Source: an uncultured delta proteobacterium
Lineage (GTDB): Bacteria > Myxococcota_A > Polyangia > Polyangiales > JAFGIB01
Assembly: GCA_963778655.1 (NCBI GenBank)
Contig: CAVZVA010000010.1
Coordinates: 1,376,001 to 1,440,000, forward strand
Reading direction: 5' to 3'
Length of the DNA: 64,000 nucleotides
The notes beneath the pieces were generated by a model. That model was not told where the DNA came from. It did not search any database and saw only the letters and a list, made by a program, of their open reading frames with translations. The position numbers were made by a program, and so were the translations under genes. Below are positions 1-11,607 of this stretch, in pieces (the stretch's first letter is position 1; every line of letters starts with the position of its first letter).

Positions 1-581
1 GCGCCCTCTTCTTCGTCGAGCGGGCGTTTGCGTGGCTCGGCGCAGGTGATCAGGCTGCGCTCGGGATCGAAGGTCACCTCGACGCCCTCGGGCAGCCGCA
101 GATCCTTGGTACGGATCAGATCGCCGAGCGCCATGTTGGTGACGTCGACCTTGATCTCGGCCGGAATCTTGTCGGGCGTCGTGCGCACCGGCAGGTCGCG
201 GTAGATCACGTTGAGCTCGCCGCCCGCGACCACGCCCTTGGCGCGGCCCTCGGTCAGGAACGGCACGAGCGTGCGCACCTTCTGGTCCAGCTCCACCTTG
301 TACAGATCGACGTGCAGCAAGGCGCGCGAGACCGGGTGCACCTGCAGATCCTTGATCATCGCCAGGTGCTGCTGGCCCGCGATCTCGAGCTGCAGCAGGA
401 CGTTGCGCCGTTGCGGCGAGCTGAGCGCTTGCCCCAGCGCCTTGGGGGCGATCGCGACGCTCACCGCCTCGGTGCGGTTGCCGTAGAACACGCCCGGGAC
501 CAGACCGCGCGCGCGCAGCCGGCGCGCCTCGCCCTTGCCCGTGCCCTCCCGAGCCTCAGTTGCCAACGCCAGCGGTTCCAT
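1..581 (-). CDS. rplY: 50S ribosomal protein L25/Ctc (3' end runs off the window)
   Basis: Hand translation from ATG at 581: MEPLALATEAREGTGKGEARRLRARGLVPGVFYG...IKDLQVHPVSRALLHVDLY...GRAKGVVAGGEL. It lies directly downstream of prs, the usual prs-rplY order. Confidence 0.95.
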   Translation of the reverse strand, partial: MEPLALATEAREGTGKGEARRLRARGLVPGVFYGNRTEAVSVAIAPKALGQALSSPQRRNVLLQLEIAGQQHLAMIKDLQVHPVSRALLHVDLYKVELDQKVRTLVPFLTEGRAKGVVAGGELNVIYRDLPVRTTPDKIPAEIKVDVTNMALGDLIRTKDLRLPEGVEVTFDPERSLITCAEPRKRPLDEEEG

Positions 582-620
582 GCCTCAGCTCCTCATGCCA
601 CGGTGCTTCGAAGTTGCGCC

Positions 621-1565
621 TCAATCGAACAGCGAGCTCACGGAGTCGCCATTGTGGATGCGCTTGATCGCCTCGCCCAGCAGGGCGGCGACCGTGAGCA
701 CCTTGAACTTGCCGGTCTTTTCCGCCTCGTGCGAGAGCGGGATGGTATCGGTCACCACCACCTCCTGCAGCACGGAGTGTGCGATGCGCTGCACCGCGCT
801 GCCAGAGAGCACGGGGTGGGTCGCCGCCGCGAACACGTGACGCGCTCCGGCTTCCGCCAGCGCTCCGGCCGCGTTGCACAACGTCCCGGCGGTGTCGATC
901 ATGTCGTCGAGGATCACGCAGTCGCGGCCCTTCACCTCGCCGATGATGTTCATGACTTCGCTCTCATTGGCGCGCTCGCGGCGCTTGTCGATGATGGCCA
1001 GATCGGCCTTGAGCCGCTTGGCATACGCGCGGGCGCGCTCCACGCCGCCAGCGTCGGGCGAGACCAGCACCGGATGCTCCTCATGGAACTTGGGTTGCAG
1101 GTAGTCGAGAAACACGCGATTGGCGTACAGATGGTCGAATGGCAGCGCGAAGAAGCCCTGGATCTGGCCCGCGTGCAGGTCGATCGCGACCACTCGGCTA
1201 ACCCCGGCCGCGGTCAGCAGGTCGGCCACCAGCTTGGCCGTGATCGGCGTGCGCGGCGCGACCTTGCGATCCTGGCGCGCATAGCCGTAGTACGGGAGCA
1301 CGGCCGTGATCGAGCCGGCCGACGCCCGCCGCAGCGCGTCCACCATGACCAGCAGCTCCATCAAGTGGTCGTTGACGGGGCTGCAGGTCGGTTGCACGAC
1401 GTATACGTCTGCGCTGCGCACGTTCTCGCCGATGCGCGCGAAGATCTCGCCGTCCGAGAAGCGGGTCAGCTCGGCGCGTCCGAGCCCGATCCCCACGTAC
1501 GCCGCAGTGGCCTCCGCCAAGGGGCGATTGGCGCTGCCCGTAAAGATGCTGATGGACTTGTACAT
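621..1565 (-). CDS. prs: ribose-phosphate pyrophosphokinase
   Basis: [38 protein letters not shown] and DDMIDTAGT motifs. Start trimmed to MYKSISIF. Confidence 0.97.
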   Translation of the reverse strand: MYKSISIFTGSANRPLAEATAAYVGIGLGRAELTRFSDGEIFARIGENVRSADVYVVQPTCSPVNDHLMELLVMVDALRRASAGSITAVLPYYGYARQDRKVAPRTPITAKLVADLLTAAGVSRVVAIDLHAGQIQGFFALPFDHLYANRVFLDYLQPKFHEEHPVLVSPDAGGVERARAYAKRLKADLAIIDKRRERANESEVMNIIGEVKGRDCVILDDMIDTAGTLCNAAGALAEAGARHVFAAATHPVLSGSAVQRIAHSVLQEVVVTDTIPLSHEAEKTGKFKVLTVAALLGEAIKRIHNGDSVSSLFD

Positions 1566-1633
1566 CACAACCGAGGATAGATCTCCGCCTGAACCCGCGG
1601 CGGGGCGTGGATCGCTAGCAAACGAGCCCTGAG

Positions 1634-2938
1634 GTGTCAACCAACGCACAAGCACGCGGTCGGCTCGATTTCATCGATGCCCATCGCGGTCTGGCGGTTG
1701 TGCTGATGCTGTGGATGCACACGGCCGACGGCTGGTTGCGCCCGGCGCTCAAGCAGGGAAGCGGTTGGGACTTCGTGCGCTCGCTCGGCGGGTTGGCCGC
1801 GCCCAGCTTCCTGCTGCTGGCCGGGCTGTCCATGGGTCTGGGCTGGGAGGGGCCGGCGCGGCCCGGGGAGCAGCGCGCCGGCGTGACGCGCGGGCTGCAG
1901 CTCGTGGTGCTGGGGTACGGCCTGCGGTTGCAGATGTGGATGCTCGATGCGGGTGGACACCGGCAGCTGGCCGCGTGGTGTGCGGCGCTGGTGCTCGCCA
2001 CCGGCTATGCCGCGGCCTACCGCGGGCTCAGCCTGGCCGCCGTCGAGGATCGCGGTTACGGCCGCTTGCTGGCTGCCGCCGGGATCCTGACCGCCGGCGG
2101 TTTGGTGATTGTGTCTCAAACGATACCATCGCGTCTGATCCCGCTCCTGCGCGTGGACGTGCTGCAGGCGATCGGGTTCTCGCTGGTGCTGCTGGCGGTG
2201 CTGCGCGGGCCTTTGCAGCGTCGGCCCTGGCTACTGGGGCTCGCGGTGGCGGCTGTGATCACCCAGCTCACGCCTTGGTTCAGGAGCTGGGTGCCCGGCC
2301 CGTTGCCCCGGCCGCTGGCCGCCTATCTGGCGAGCTGGGAGGTTCCCGCGGGGCAACCGGCGCCGGCCCTGTTTCCGCTGTTTCCCTGGGCGGCCTACGC
2401 GCTGGTCGGGGCGCCGCTCGGCCTGTACCTCGGCCGAGCCCAGCGTGAGGGCCCCGGCGGCGGCCGCCGCGCCGTGGCCCGCCTGGCCGTCGCCGGCGTG
2501 CTGCTGAGCCTGGCCAGTTGCGAAGCGCTGCCTCATGCGCGCGCGCTGCTTGCGAGCGCGCCCTGGCTGACGCAGTCGCTGCGGGTCATCTACCGCGTGG
2601 GCGCCACGATGGTGTTGGGGGGCCTGGCGCTTGTTCTCAGCCGGCCGCGCGTGCCGCTGCGCGGCGCGCTGCTGGATCTCGGGCGCACCTCGCTGCTCGT
2701 GTACTGGGTGCATCTCGAGCTCGCCTTCGGCAGCCTGGCCAAGCCGGTTGCGCACCGGCTGGGTTTCGCGAGCTGGGCGTTCGGTCTGGCGCTGCTCGCG
2801 CTGGCGATGAGCGCCCTGGCGGCGGGCTGGCTGCGGGTGCGCCCGCGCCGTGCGCGCAGGCCTCCGGCGCGGCCTCTGCCGAACGAGCCCGGTGCGGGTG
2901 CGACCGCCTTTCCAGGCACTCGAATTTCGATCGACTGA
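1634..2938 (+). CDS. DUF1624 / heparan-alpha-glucosaminide N-acetyltransferase-like membrane acyltransferase
   Basis: [43 protein letters not shown] and [12 protein letters not shown] motifs; many TM segments. Confidence 0.8.
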   Translation: MSTNAQARGRLDFIDAHRGLAVVLMLWMHTADGWLRPALKQGSGWDFVRSLGGLAAPSFLLLAGLSMGLGWEGPARPGEQRAGVTRGLQLVVLGYGLRLQMWMLDAGGHRQLAAWCAALVLATGYAAAYRGLSLAAVEDRGYGRLLAAAGILTAGGLVIVSQTIPSRLIPLLRVDVLQAIGFSLVLLAVLRGPLQRRPWLLGLAVAAVITQLTPWFRSWVPGPLPRPLAAYLASWEVPAGQPAPALFPLFPWAAYALVGAPLGLYLGRAQREGPGGGRRAVARLAVAGVLLSLASCEALPHARALLASAPWLTQSLRVIYRVGATMVLGGLALVLSRPRVPLRGALLDLGRTSLLVYWVHLELAFGSLAKPVAHRLGFASWAFGLALLALAMSALAAGWLRVRPRRARRPPARPLPNEPGAGATAFPGTRISID

Positions 2939-3043
2939 ATCGGCCGGCGCAGGCCTCCGAAGCGCGGTATCACAAAGGCCAGAATGGGTCTTGTGACCCG
3001 CGATCGGTTCTGCCTATAAGGGCTCCTCACGCGCAGAGCGACC

Positions 3044-3889
3044 ATGTCCAACCCAGTCTTCCTGCTCACGGATCGTCCCGCCTTCGAAGAGGAATGGCGG
3101 CGGGCTCTGGAGCGCGTCGGGCTGCGCTCCCAGGCCATGCTTTCCGACTCGCCCAGCGAGGCGATCCGCGAAGGCAACGTGGTTGTGATCGACGCCGGCT
3201 GCGAGGTGTTCGACGAGGACGAGTTGCTCGCGCACGTGGGTCTGGCACGCGCGCTGCGCGTGACCTGTGCGGTCGTGCTGCCCGAGGACGAGCACCTGGC
3301 CGGCATCGAGGACTTGCTCGACGACCTGTGCCCTGGGCTGGTGAGCCGAGGCGCGCGCGATGTCGCGCGCGTGGCCTCTGCGCTCGGGCGCGCCGCCGAT
3401 CGCGAGCGCAGCAGGCGTTTCGAATATCTCGCGGTCTCGCCGCGGCCCGGGGAGCTGCTCGCGGTTCTCGCCGACGGCACCGCCGTGCTGCTGCCGCGGC
3501 CGGTCGGCGAGGCCGACGACGGCAGCGAGGTGGCCTCGATCGCGCTCGGGCCTGGTGCCGAGGCCGCCACGCTCGCGCTCGCATCCGGGCGCGAGGTCGA
3601 GCTGCGCGCTTCGGCGGTCGCGCCCGCGGGCAACACGCGGCCGAGCGTCGCGCCCATCAACGGCCACGCTTCGGCCGTGGCGATCGACGGCGTGCGTCTG
3701 GGCGCGCGCCTGCGCGAGCTGCGCGTGGCCGCCGGCCTGACGCAGGCCGAGCTCGCACGCCGCACCGGCATCCATCGGCCCAACATCGCGCGCGTCGAAG
3801 CAGGACGTCACACGCCGTCGCTGGAGACGCTGGCGCGGCTGGCTTCGGCGATCGGCGTGCCCACCACGCTGGTGCTCGCCGAAGAGTAG
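3044..3889 (+). CDS. XRE-family HTH transcriptional regulator with long N-terminal region
   Basis: C-terminal LGARLRELRVAAGLTQAELARRTGIHRPNIARVEAGRHTPSLETLARLA is an HTH_3 signature. Confidence 0.85.
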   Translation: MSNPVFLLTDRPAFEEEWRRALERVGLRSQAMLSDSPSEAIREGNVVVIDAGCEVFDEDELLAHVGLARALRVTCAVVLPEDEHLAGIEDLLDDLCPGLVSRGARDVARVASALGRAADRERSRRFEYLAVSPRPGELLAVLADGTAVLLPRPVGEADDGSEVASIALGPGAEAATLALASGREVELRASAVAPAGNTRPSVAPINGHASAVAIDGVRLGARLRELRVAAGLTQAELARRTGIHRPNIARVEAGRHTPSLETLARLASAIGVPTTLVLAEE

Positions 3890-3896
3890 GCGCGCG

Positions 3897-4724
3897 ATGG
3901 CGGTCGAGGACGCGGACGAGCGCCGGCCTGCGGAACCGAAGCCGGCGGCGACCGTCGTGCTGATGCGCGAGGGGCAGGGCGCGGAGCTCGAGCTCTACCT
4001 GCTGCAGCGCCAGCCCACGATGGGATTCATGGGCGGCATGCACGTCTTTCCGGGCGGCAAGGTGGCCGCAGCCGATGGCTCGACGCGGATGCGCGCGCGC
4101 ATCGCGGAGATCGGGCCCGATACGAGCTGGGGCCCCGAGCTCGACGGGGCGGCCGCGCTCGCGCGCGCGGTGGCCGCGGTCCGCGAGACGCTAGAGGAAG
4201 CGGGCGTGCTGCTGGGCGCGGACGCGGATGCCGAGACGTGCGCGCGGGTACGCGCAGGCCTGCATGCCGGCGACGAGCTTGGCGTGCTGCTCGAGCAGGC
4301 CGGCCTGCGGCTGGATCTTTCGTGCTTGCAGCCGCTGTCGCGGTGGATCACGCCCGACAGCGAGCCCACGCGCTTCGACACCAGCTTCTACCTCGCGCGC
4401 TTGCCGCCGACGCAGCACGCGGCGCACGACGGGCGCGAGTCGGTCGGAGCGTGCTGGATGTCGCCGGGCGCGGCGCTCGAGGCCAGCGCGCAGGGCCAGA
4501 TCCGGCTGGCGCCTCCGACCGCACGCACGCTCGAGGGCCTTGCCGCGGCGGGCTCGCTCGACGCCGCCTGGGCTCGGGCCGCGGCTGCGCCTCTACCGGT
4601 GGTGGCGCCGGTGATCCGCACACTGGGCGGCGACCTGGTCCTGCTCTACCCAGGCGATCCGGAGCATCCGCAGCCCACAGCTGTGCTACCCGGGCCCACC
4701 CGGCGGGTACTGCGCCGCCGGTAG
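3897..4724 (+). CDS. NUDIX hydrolase (NUDT19-like)
   Basis: AATVVLMR, VFPGGKV, AAVRETLEEAG and WITP...RFDTSFY motifs. Confidence 0.88.
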   Translation: MAVEDADERRPAEPKPAATVVLMREGQGAELELYLLQRQPTMGFMGGMHVFPGGKVAAADGSTRMRARIAEIGPDTSWGPELDGAAALARAVAAVRETLEEAGVLLGADADAETCARVRAGLHAGDELGVLLEQAGLRLDLSCLQPLSRWITPDSEPTRFDTSFYLARLPPTQHAAHDGRESVGACWMSPGAALEASAQGQIRLAPPTARTLEGLAAAGSLDAAWARAAAAPLPVVAPVIRTLGGDLVLLYPGDPEHPQPTAVLPGPTRRVLRRR

Positions 4725-4905
4725 GCAACCGGCAGGGACCCGCGCCCCTTGCTATCTGGCGCTCCCTGGTTCGCACGGCCGCTGTCTCGTCGGGCCCCCG
4801 CGCCCCGCCGCGCGCTGCTCCCATGTAGGGTACAGAAGGTAAAAGCGGATAAATTTGGATTTTGTCCTAGACAGTGGAACGAACGGAGGGTAGGAATTTA
4901 ACCGG

Positions 4906-5472
4906 ATGCCGAAGCGTGGATACGCCAAAGAGCTCTTCACGGCTTCCGAGGTCGCCAAGTTTTGTCAGGTGGATCTCAAGACCATCCACAACTGGGCCGA
5001 CCGCGGTGAGATCCGCCACTTCCGCACGCCTGGACGGCACCTGCGCTTCCGCCGCGTGGACGTGCTCGATTTCCTGCGCAAGTACGGCTATCCCGTGCCC
5101 GACGTGCTCAAGCACGGCCGCCCGCGGGTGCACGTCGTGGACGAGGACCCGGCCACGCTCGAAGGGCTCGAGCGCGCTCTGTCGCCGCACTTCGAGGTGC
5201 GCACCTTCCCTGAGCCGGTCGACGCGCTGATCGCGATTGGCAGCGACACGCCGGACGTGGTCGTGATGGACGTGGGGGGCGTACGCATGGACGGTCTTGC
5301 CGCGATCGCGCGCCTGCGCTCGCTTGAAGGCACGCAGCACGTGCGCATCGTCGTCTACTCGACGCGCGCCGAGCGCAGGCAACAGGTGCTCGATGCGGGG
5401 GCCACGGCCTTCGTGCAGAAGCCCGACGTCGGCAAGCTGGTCGAAGCGATCGATTCGCTGATGGGTGGCTAG
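4906..5472 (+). CDS. response regulator: excisionase/MerR-like HTH plus receiver domain
   Basis: FTASEVAKFCQVDLKTIHNWADRGEIRHFRTPGRHLRF HTH, then receiver motifs VVDED, VVMD, VVYST, FVQKP. Confidence 0.9.
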   Translation: MPKRGYAKELFTASEVAKFCQVDLKTIHNWADRGEIRHFRTPGRHLRFRRVDVLDFLRKYGYPVPDVLKHGRPRVHVVDEDPATLEGLERALSPHFEVRTFPEPVDALIAIGSDTPDVVVMDVGGVRMDGLAAIARLRSLEGTQHVRIVVYSTRAERRQQVLDAGATAFVQKPDVGKLVEAIDSLMGG

Positions 5473-5636
5473 TCCCCTGGACCCGTGATGCCTCACCTAT
5501 CTCGACACGCCCTCGCCGTCGCTCGCGGCGTTGCGCGACCTTGAAATACCACGCCGTATTCCTGCGATCGCGCGGCTTGCGAGCAACGCCGAACCCGCGC
5601 CGATATAGGCAAGAAATCACGGATCCAGGGGACTAG
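5469..5636. mobile_element. 168-bp MITE-like element with 21-bp terminal inverted repeats beginning CTAG
   Basis: CTAGTCCCCTGGACCCGTGAT (5469-5489) matches the reverse complement of ATCACGGATCCAGGGGACTAG (5616-5636) at 20/21. No convincing gene inside. Confidence 0.7.
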
Positions 5637-5746
5637 GGCGCGCGCCCTTACCGCCGCCCGTCTCTCCACGGCCAGTCCTGATCGGCCGCGGCGAGTCAGG
5701 GCGCACGGGTCGCGTGGCAGCGGCGGCTGTGGCATAGAGCGAAGCC

Positions 5747-6424
5747 ATGCCGTTGCCTCTGCGCTACGACGCCAACGGGCTGGTCACGGTGGTGGTGCAA
5801 GACCGCCTGACCGGCGAGATTCGTATGCTCGCGCACGCGAATGACGAAGCGCTGCGCGCCACGCTGGCGAGCGGCGAAGGCCACTTCTACAGCCGTTCGC
5901 GCGCCGCGTTGTGGCGCAAGGGCGAGAGCAGCGGCCACGTGCTGCACGTGGCCGAGGTGTGGGCGGACTGCGACGGCGACGCAGTGTTGTATCTGGTCGA
6001 CCCGGAGGGGCCCAGCTGCCACACCGGCCGCCCCAGCTGCTTTTTCCGTACGCTCGGCCGCGAGGGCGCGTTGCAGGAGCCGCCCGACGCGCACGGGCGA
6101 CCGCTGTTGCCGCGCTTGTGGGCCGAGCTGCAGGCGCGCCAACGTCAGGGCGGCGACACGAGCTACACGCGCAAGCTGCTGACTGCAGGCGCGGCCGAGG
6201 TCGGAGCGAAGATCCGCGAAGAGGCAGGAGAGCTGGCCGACGCGATCGCGCAGGAGTCGGATGCGCGCGTGGTCGCCGAGGCGGCCGACGAGATCTATCA
6301 CCTGCTGGTGGGCTTGCTGTTGCGCGGCGTGAGCCTGCGAGACGTCGAGCAGGAGCTCGACCGCCGCTTTGGCATCTCCGGCCTGGCCGAAAAAGCCGCC
6401 CGCAGGCCGAGTCCAAAGCCCTGA
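5747..6424 (+). CDS. hisIE: bifunctional phosphoribosyl-AMP cyclohydrolase / phosphoribosyl-ATP pyrophosphatase
   Basis: YSRSRAALWRKGESSG, DCDGD, GPSCHTG, then SYTRKLL...KIREEAGE...EAADEIYHLLV. Confidence 0.95.
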   Translation: MPLPLRYDANGLVTVVVQDRLTGEIRMLAHANDEALRATLASGEGHFYSRSRAALWRKGESSGHVLHVAEVWADCDGDAVLYLVDPEGPSCHTGRPSCFFRTLGREGALQEPPDAHGRPLLPRLWAELQARQRQGGDTSYTRKLLTAGAAEVGAKIREEAGELADAIAQESDARVVAEAADEIYHLLVGLLLRGVSLRDVEQELDRRFGISGLAEKAARRPSPKP

Positions 6425-6453
6425 GGTCCCTGCGGGCTGTGCCCGGCGGGCGG

Positions 6454-6477
6454 CAGGAGGGTCGCGTGACCCTCCTG
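6454..6477. repeat. dispersed palindromic hairpin (REP-like), copy 1
   Basis: CAGGAGGGTC-GCGT-GACCCTCCTG, a perfect 10-bp stem between the convergent hisIE and cdnL stops. Confidence 0.65.
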
Positions 6478-6481
6478 GCAA

Positions 6482-6991
6482 CTAAGCCCCCAGCGCGGCC
6501 TCGATTTCCTTTTCCACCTTGGCGGTCGAGACGTTGCGCGCCAGCGCCAGCTCTGTGACCACCAGGTTGCGCGCTTGCTCGAGCAGGCGGCGCTCGCTGA
6601 ACGAGAGCTCCTTCTCTTCCTTCACGCGGTACAGATCGCGCAGCACCTTGGCCACCTCGAATGCCGAGCCACTGGTGAGCATTTCGGTGTACTCCCGATA
6701 GCGCTTGTTCCAGGGCTGAACGGTGACGGCGACCGACGGGTCCTTGAGGATTTCCAGAACCTTCTTGGCGTCCTTCCTCGAGATCACATCCCGCAGGCCT
6801 GCCCGCTGCGCCCCATCGGTCGGGATCATGAGCTTCATGTCGGTCTCGAGGATCTTCAGGATGTAGAACTCTTTCTTCTGCCCGGCGATATCGCGGCTTT
6901 CGATACCCGTGATTTGCGCGACACCGTGCGCGGGGTATACGGCATTGTCTCCCACCTCGAACTGCCGGTTCACTTGACGTATGTCTCCCAT
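6482..6991 (-). CDS. cdnL: CarD/CdnL family RNA polymerase-binding regulator (short, no HMGA tail)
   Basis: FEVGDNAVYPAHGVAQITGIE, GLRDVIS, WNKRYREY, VLRDLY and LSFSERRLL; 169 aa. Confidence 0.9.
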   Translation of the reverse strand: MGDIRQVNRQFEVGDNAVYPAHGVAQITGIESRDIAGQKKEFYILKILETDMKLMIPTDGAQRAGLRDVISRKDAKKVLEILKDPSVAVTVQPWNKRYREYTEMLTSGSAFEVAKVLRDLYRVKEEKELSFSERRLLEQARNLVVTELALARNVSTAKVEKEIEAALGA

Positions 6992-7097
6992 CTGATCTGC
7001 TCAGCCGGTTGCGCGTCCTGCGCCGACGACCCCCCTCGTCTGCCGCGTCAGGCACTCTGGAGTCCCGCGGGCGCGGTCTAAATTTCGTGTGTGGTGT

Positions 7098-7126
7098 ATG
7101 GTACCACCCTGGGTGGACGGGGGCAA
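7098..7126 (-). promoter_or_regulatory. candidate sigma70-type promoter for cdnL
   Basis: Minus strand TTGCCC (7126-7121), 17-nt spacer, TACCAT (7103-7098). Overlaps a 10-bp inverted repeat at 7115-7124/7138-7147. Confidence 0.45.
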
Positions 7127-7213
7127 CCGAGGTCACGGCCCCCGTCCGGGAAAGACAGGTGACAATTGGCGGGCCTGAGCCGCGGAATCTGGGCCGTTAC
7201 GCGAGCTGCGCCG

Positions 7214-8350
<1,137 letters not shown>

Positions 8351-8484
8351 CGTGGTTTCCTTTCTGAGCGTTGCCGCAGCGCCACGCGCGTGCGTGCGTA
8401 TCGGCTAATAGGAGGCGCGCCGCCAGGCGCTGGAATCGCGTGCGATCGTGCTTTCCGCCTTGTCCGGCCTGCGCAGTCCGTTCG

Positions 8485-9759
8485 TCAAGGCAATCCGCTC
8501 CCCGCCGCCTTCCAGGACGCGGCTGCACGTGCCACCAGCTGCAGCGCGAGATAGGCAGTCAGCGTGCGCACGCGCTCCCGGTCGCCCGGCACTAGTCTGC
8601 GTTCCGCCAGGGCTTTTTCGCCCTGCCGCGCCAGCGCGAGCCACACCGTTCCGACCGGTTTGTCCGCGCTGCCGCCGCCCGGCCCCGCGATGCCGGTGGT
8701 CGCCACCGCCAGATCTGCGCCGGCCCTGCGCAGCGCCCCTTCGGCCATCGCCGTCGCCACCTCGGCGCTGACTGCGCCGCAGCGCTCGAGCAGCCCCGCA
8801 TCGACGCCCAGCAGCTCGCGCTTGGCGCTGTTGGCGTAGGTCACCGCGTCGAGCAGCAGGTAGTCGGAGCTGCCGGGCACGTCGGTCAGCAGCTTGCCGA
8901 TCAACCCGCCGGTGCAGGACTCGGCCAGCGCCAGCTTCAGCCCGTGCGCGCGCAGCAGCCGCCCCACGTGGGCCGGGTAGCTGTCGTCGCGGCCGCCGTA
9001 CGCGTAGGGCGCGAGCCGTTCCCGCACCTGGGCTGCGACCTGCTCGGCCAGCGTATCGGCGCTGGCCGCGTCTTGCGCGCGCGCCAACACCTTGATCTCG
9101 ATTTCGGGAAAGTGCGCGCGATAGCCCAACGTGACGCCGGGTTGCTGCAGCGAACCGCCGACGTCCACGTCGGACAGCCGCTCCGCCACCTCCGACTCGC
9201 GCAGGCCGAAGCTGCGGACGTGGACCTGGCCGCTCGTGCGCTGCAGCTCGCGCGCGAGCTCGGGCGCGAGGTAGCGCTCGAACAGGTGCCGCATCTCGCG
9301 CGGCACGCCCGGAAAGAAATAGCAGCGCGCCCCACCGATCTCGAGCACGAAGCCGGGCGCGGTGCCCTCGTCGTTGTCGAGCACGCGCGCGCCGCGCGGC
9401 AGGTCGGCCTGCTTTTGGTTGGGCGCGGGCATCGTCCGGCCGAGCTTCTCGTAGCGGACGCGGATGCGCTGCAGGGTCGGCTCGTGGCGCTGCAGCGGCA
9501 GCTGCAACACGGCGGCGGCGGCCTGCGCCGTTACGTCATCCGAGGTCGGGCCGAGGCCCCCGGTGCACACCACCAGCTTGACCTCGCGTCCAAACCTGGC
9601 CAGGGTGGCCCCGATCCGCGCAGAATCATCCGGGACGACCGCATGTTCCACCACATCGACGCCCAGGTCCGTGAGCCGTTCCGAGAGCCAGGCGGCGTTG
9701 CCGTTGACCAGCTCGCCGCGGGTCAGCTCGGTGCCGGTGGCTAGCAAGGCGGCCTTCAT
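8485..9759 (-). CDS. cinA: competence/damage-inducible protein CinA (MoCF-like domain plus NMN deamidase)
   Basis: GTELTRG, GGLGPTSDD, GTAPG, PGVPREM, AESCTGG and TGIAGPGGG motifs; upstream of recA. Confidence 0.95.
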   Translation of the reverse strand: MKAALLATGTELTRGELVNGNAAWLSERLTDLGVDVVEHAVVPDDSARIGATLARFGREVKLVVCTGGLGPTSDDVTAQAAAAVLQLPLQRHEPTLQRIRVRYEKLGRTMPAPNQKQADLPRGARVLDNDEGTAPGFVLEIGGARCYFFPGVPREMRHLFERYLAPELARELQRTSGQVHVRSFGLRESEVAERLSDVDVGGSLQQPGVTLGYRAHFPEIEIKVLARAQDAASADTLAEQVAAQVRERLAPYAYGGRDDSYPAHVGRLLRAHGLKLALAESCTGGLIGKLLTDVPGSSDYLLLDAVTYANSAKRELLGVDAGLLERCGAVSAEVATAMAEGALRRAGADLAVATTGIAGPGGGSADKPVGTVWLALARQGEKALAERRLVPGDRERVRTLTAYLALQLVARAAASWKAAGSGLP

Positions 9760-9978
9760 GGACCCTGAGCGTATGTGCAGGTATCTCTCACGTCAAGGCT
9801 GCTGTAGGTAATCGCGCAGGGCTGCTCGCTGCGATCGGGTGACTCCGACCCCAGAGCGCGCCCGCTGCGACGTTGTCCGCGAGCTCCCCCTCCAAGCCCT
9901 CATCACACACGATTCGAGATTCAAGAGACGCTCGAGAGCGCTCGCGCCGCCCTCGAGCCGCCCAACCGACGGAAACCC

Positions 9979-11607
9979 ATGCCCAACAAAACCCTGATCT
10001 GGATCGCGCTGGCGGTCGCGCTTGGGACGAGCGCCCCGTCGCGCGCGCAGCAAGCGCCCGCGGCGCCCGCGCCGGCTGTCGCGCCCCCCAAGCCCGCCAG
10101 CCCCGCGCCGACTGCCGCGCCAGCGGCAAGCTCAAAGGCCAAGCCGGTGCCCGAGCGCGCGGTGGCGGCGCCCGCGGCGCCGGCCGCCAAGCCCGGCGCG
10201 GCTGCGCCCAAGGTCGCTGCGCTGCCCGCCCCCGCGGCCGCGCCCGCCAAGCCCGGCGCGCCTGCTGCACAGGCCGCCGCCGCGCCGGCGGTTCCGGCCA
10301 CGCTGCACCTGCCGGTGATCCGCCGCGTGCTGCAGAACGGCCTGCGCGTCGTGATGAGCCCCGACAAGACCGTGCCCACGGTCGCGATCGCGGTCTACTA
10401 CGACGTCGGCTCGCGCAACGAACAGCGCGGCCACTCGGGCTTCGCCCACCTGTTCGAGCACATGATGTTCCAGGGCTCGGCCAACGTGAGCAAGGGCGAG
10501 CACTTCGAGCTGATCATGAATCGCGGCGGCTCGCCCAACGGCACCACCAGCGAGGACCGCACCAACTACTTCGAGACCGTGCCGAGCAATGACCTGGCGC
10601 TGGGGCTGTGGCTGGAGGCCGACCGCATGCGCTCGCTGGCCATCACCCAGCAGAACTTCGAGAACCAGCGCCAGACGGTGATGGAGGAACGGCGCCAGAG
10701 CGTGGACAACCGGCCCTACGTGAATTCGATGCTGCGGATCGACGAGCTGGCTTACGGCGACTACTTCCCCTACGCGCACAGCACCATCGGCGACATGCAG
10801 GACCTGCGCAACGCGCCGCTTTCGGCGGGGCAGGAGTTCTTCGACGAGTACTACGCGCCCAACAATGCGGTGCTGAGCCTGGCCGGCGCTTTCGATCCGG
10901 ACCAGGCGCTGGCGGAGGTGCAGCGCTACTTCGGCGACATCCCGCGGCACAAGACGCCCGCGTACAATCCCGAGCCGCTCAAGCCGCAGACCGCTGAGCG
11001 CGTCGAGACCATGGTCGACCCGCTGGCCGAGCTGCCGGCGTTCCACATCGCCTATCACATCCCGCCCGACCGAGCGCCCGACCACTATCCGCTCGAGCTG
11101 CTCGGGATCGTGCTGGGCGACGGAGAGTCCTCGCGCCTGTACCAGAAGCTGGTCAAGGGCAAGCAGTTGCTGCAGCAGATCGATGTCGGCACCGATTCGC
11201 GGCGTGGGCCCGATCTGTTCAGCGTGTGGGCGATCTGTTCCAAGGGCCACACCGGCGCCGAGGCGCGCCCGCTCATCTTCAAGGAGATCAGCGAGATCGC
11301 GGCCAAGGGCATCGGCGAGCACGAGCTGCAGAAGGCCAAGAACAAGGTGCGCTCGATGTTCGTGTTCGAGCTGGAGACCAACATGCAGCGCGCCATGCAC
11401 CTGGGCGAGTTCGAGCTCTATTTCGGCGACGCGAACCTGCTCAACCAGGAGCTCGACCGCTATCTCGCGGTCACGCCCGCTGACGTGCAGCGCGTGGCCA
11501 AGCAGTACTTCGCACCCACCAACCGCACCGTGCTCGACGTGATTCCGGCCAAGGCCGCCGCGGCGCCCGTCGCGCAGGCCAAGGCTCACAGCGGGAGCAA
11601 GCCATGA
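9979..11607 (+). CDS. M16 family zinc peptidase, catalytic subunit, exported
   Basis: Signal peptide, Ala/Pro-rich linker, GFAHLFEHMMFQGS (HxxEH), NGTTSEDRTNY, YYAPNNAVL. Confidence 0.92.
   Translation: MPNKTLIWIALAVALGTSAPSRAQQAPAAPAPAVAPPKPASPAPTAAPAASSKAKPVPERAVAAPAAPAAKPGAAAPKVAALPAPAAAPAKPGAPAAQAAAAPAVPATLHLPVIRRVLQNGLRVVMSPDKTVPTVAIAVYYDVGSRNEQRGHSGFAHLFEHMMFQGSANVSKGEHFELIMNRGGSPNGTTSEDRTNYFETVPSNDLALGLWLEADRMRSLAITQQNFENQRQTVMEERRQSVDNRPYVNSMLRIDELAYGDYFPYAHSTIGDMQDLRNAPLSAGQEFFDEYYAPNNAVLSLAGAFDPDQALAEVQRYFGDIPRHKTPAYNPEPLKPQTAERVETMVDPLAELPAFHIAYHIPPDRAPDHYPLELLGIVLGDGESSRLYQKLVKGKQLLQQIDVGTDSRRGPDLFSVWAICSKGHTGAEARPLIFKEISEIAAKGIGEHELQKAKNKVRSMFVFELETNMQRAMHLGEFELYFGDANLLNQELDRYLAVTPADVQRVAKQYFAPTNRTVLDVIPAKAAAAPVAQAKAHSGSKP

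Noticed and set aside
1566..1633. tRNA-Gln, often found upstream of prs
   Set aside because: The gap is only 68 bp and has no cloverleaf or T-loop motif.
8351..8484. LexA box upstream of recA
   Set aside because: No convincing match to the SOS box patterns I know.
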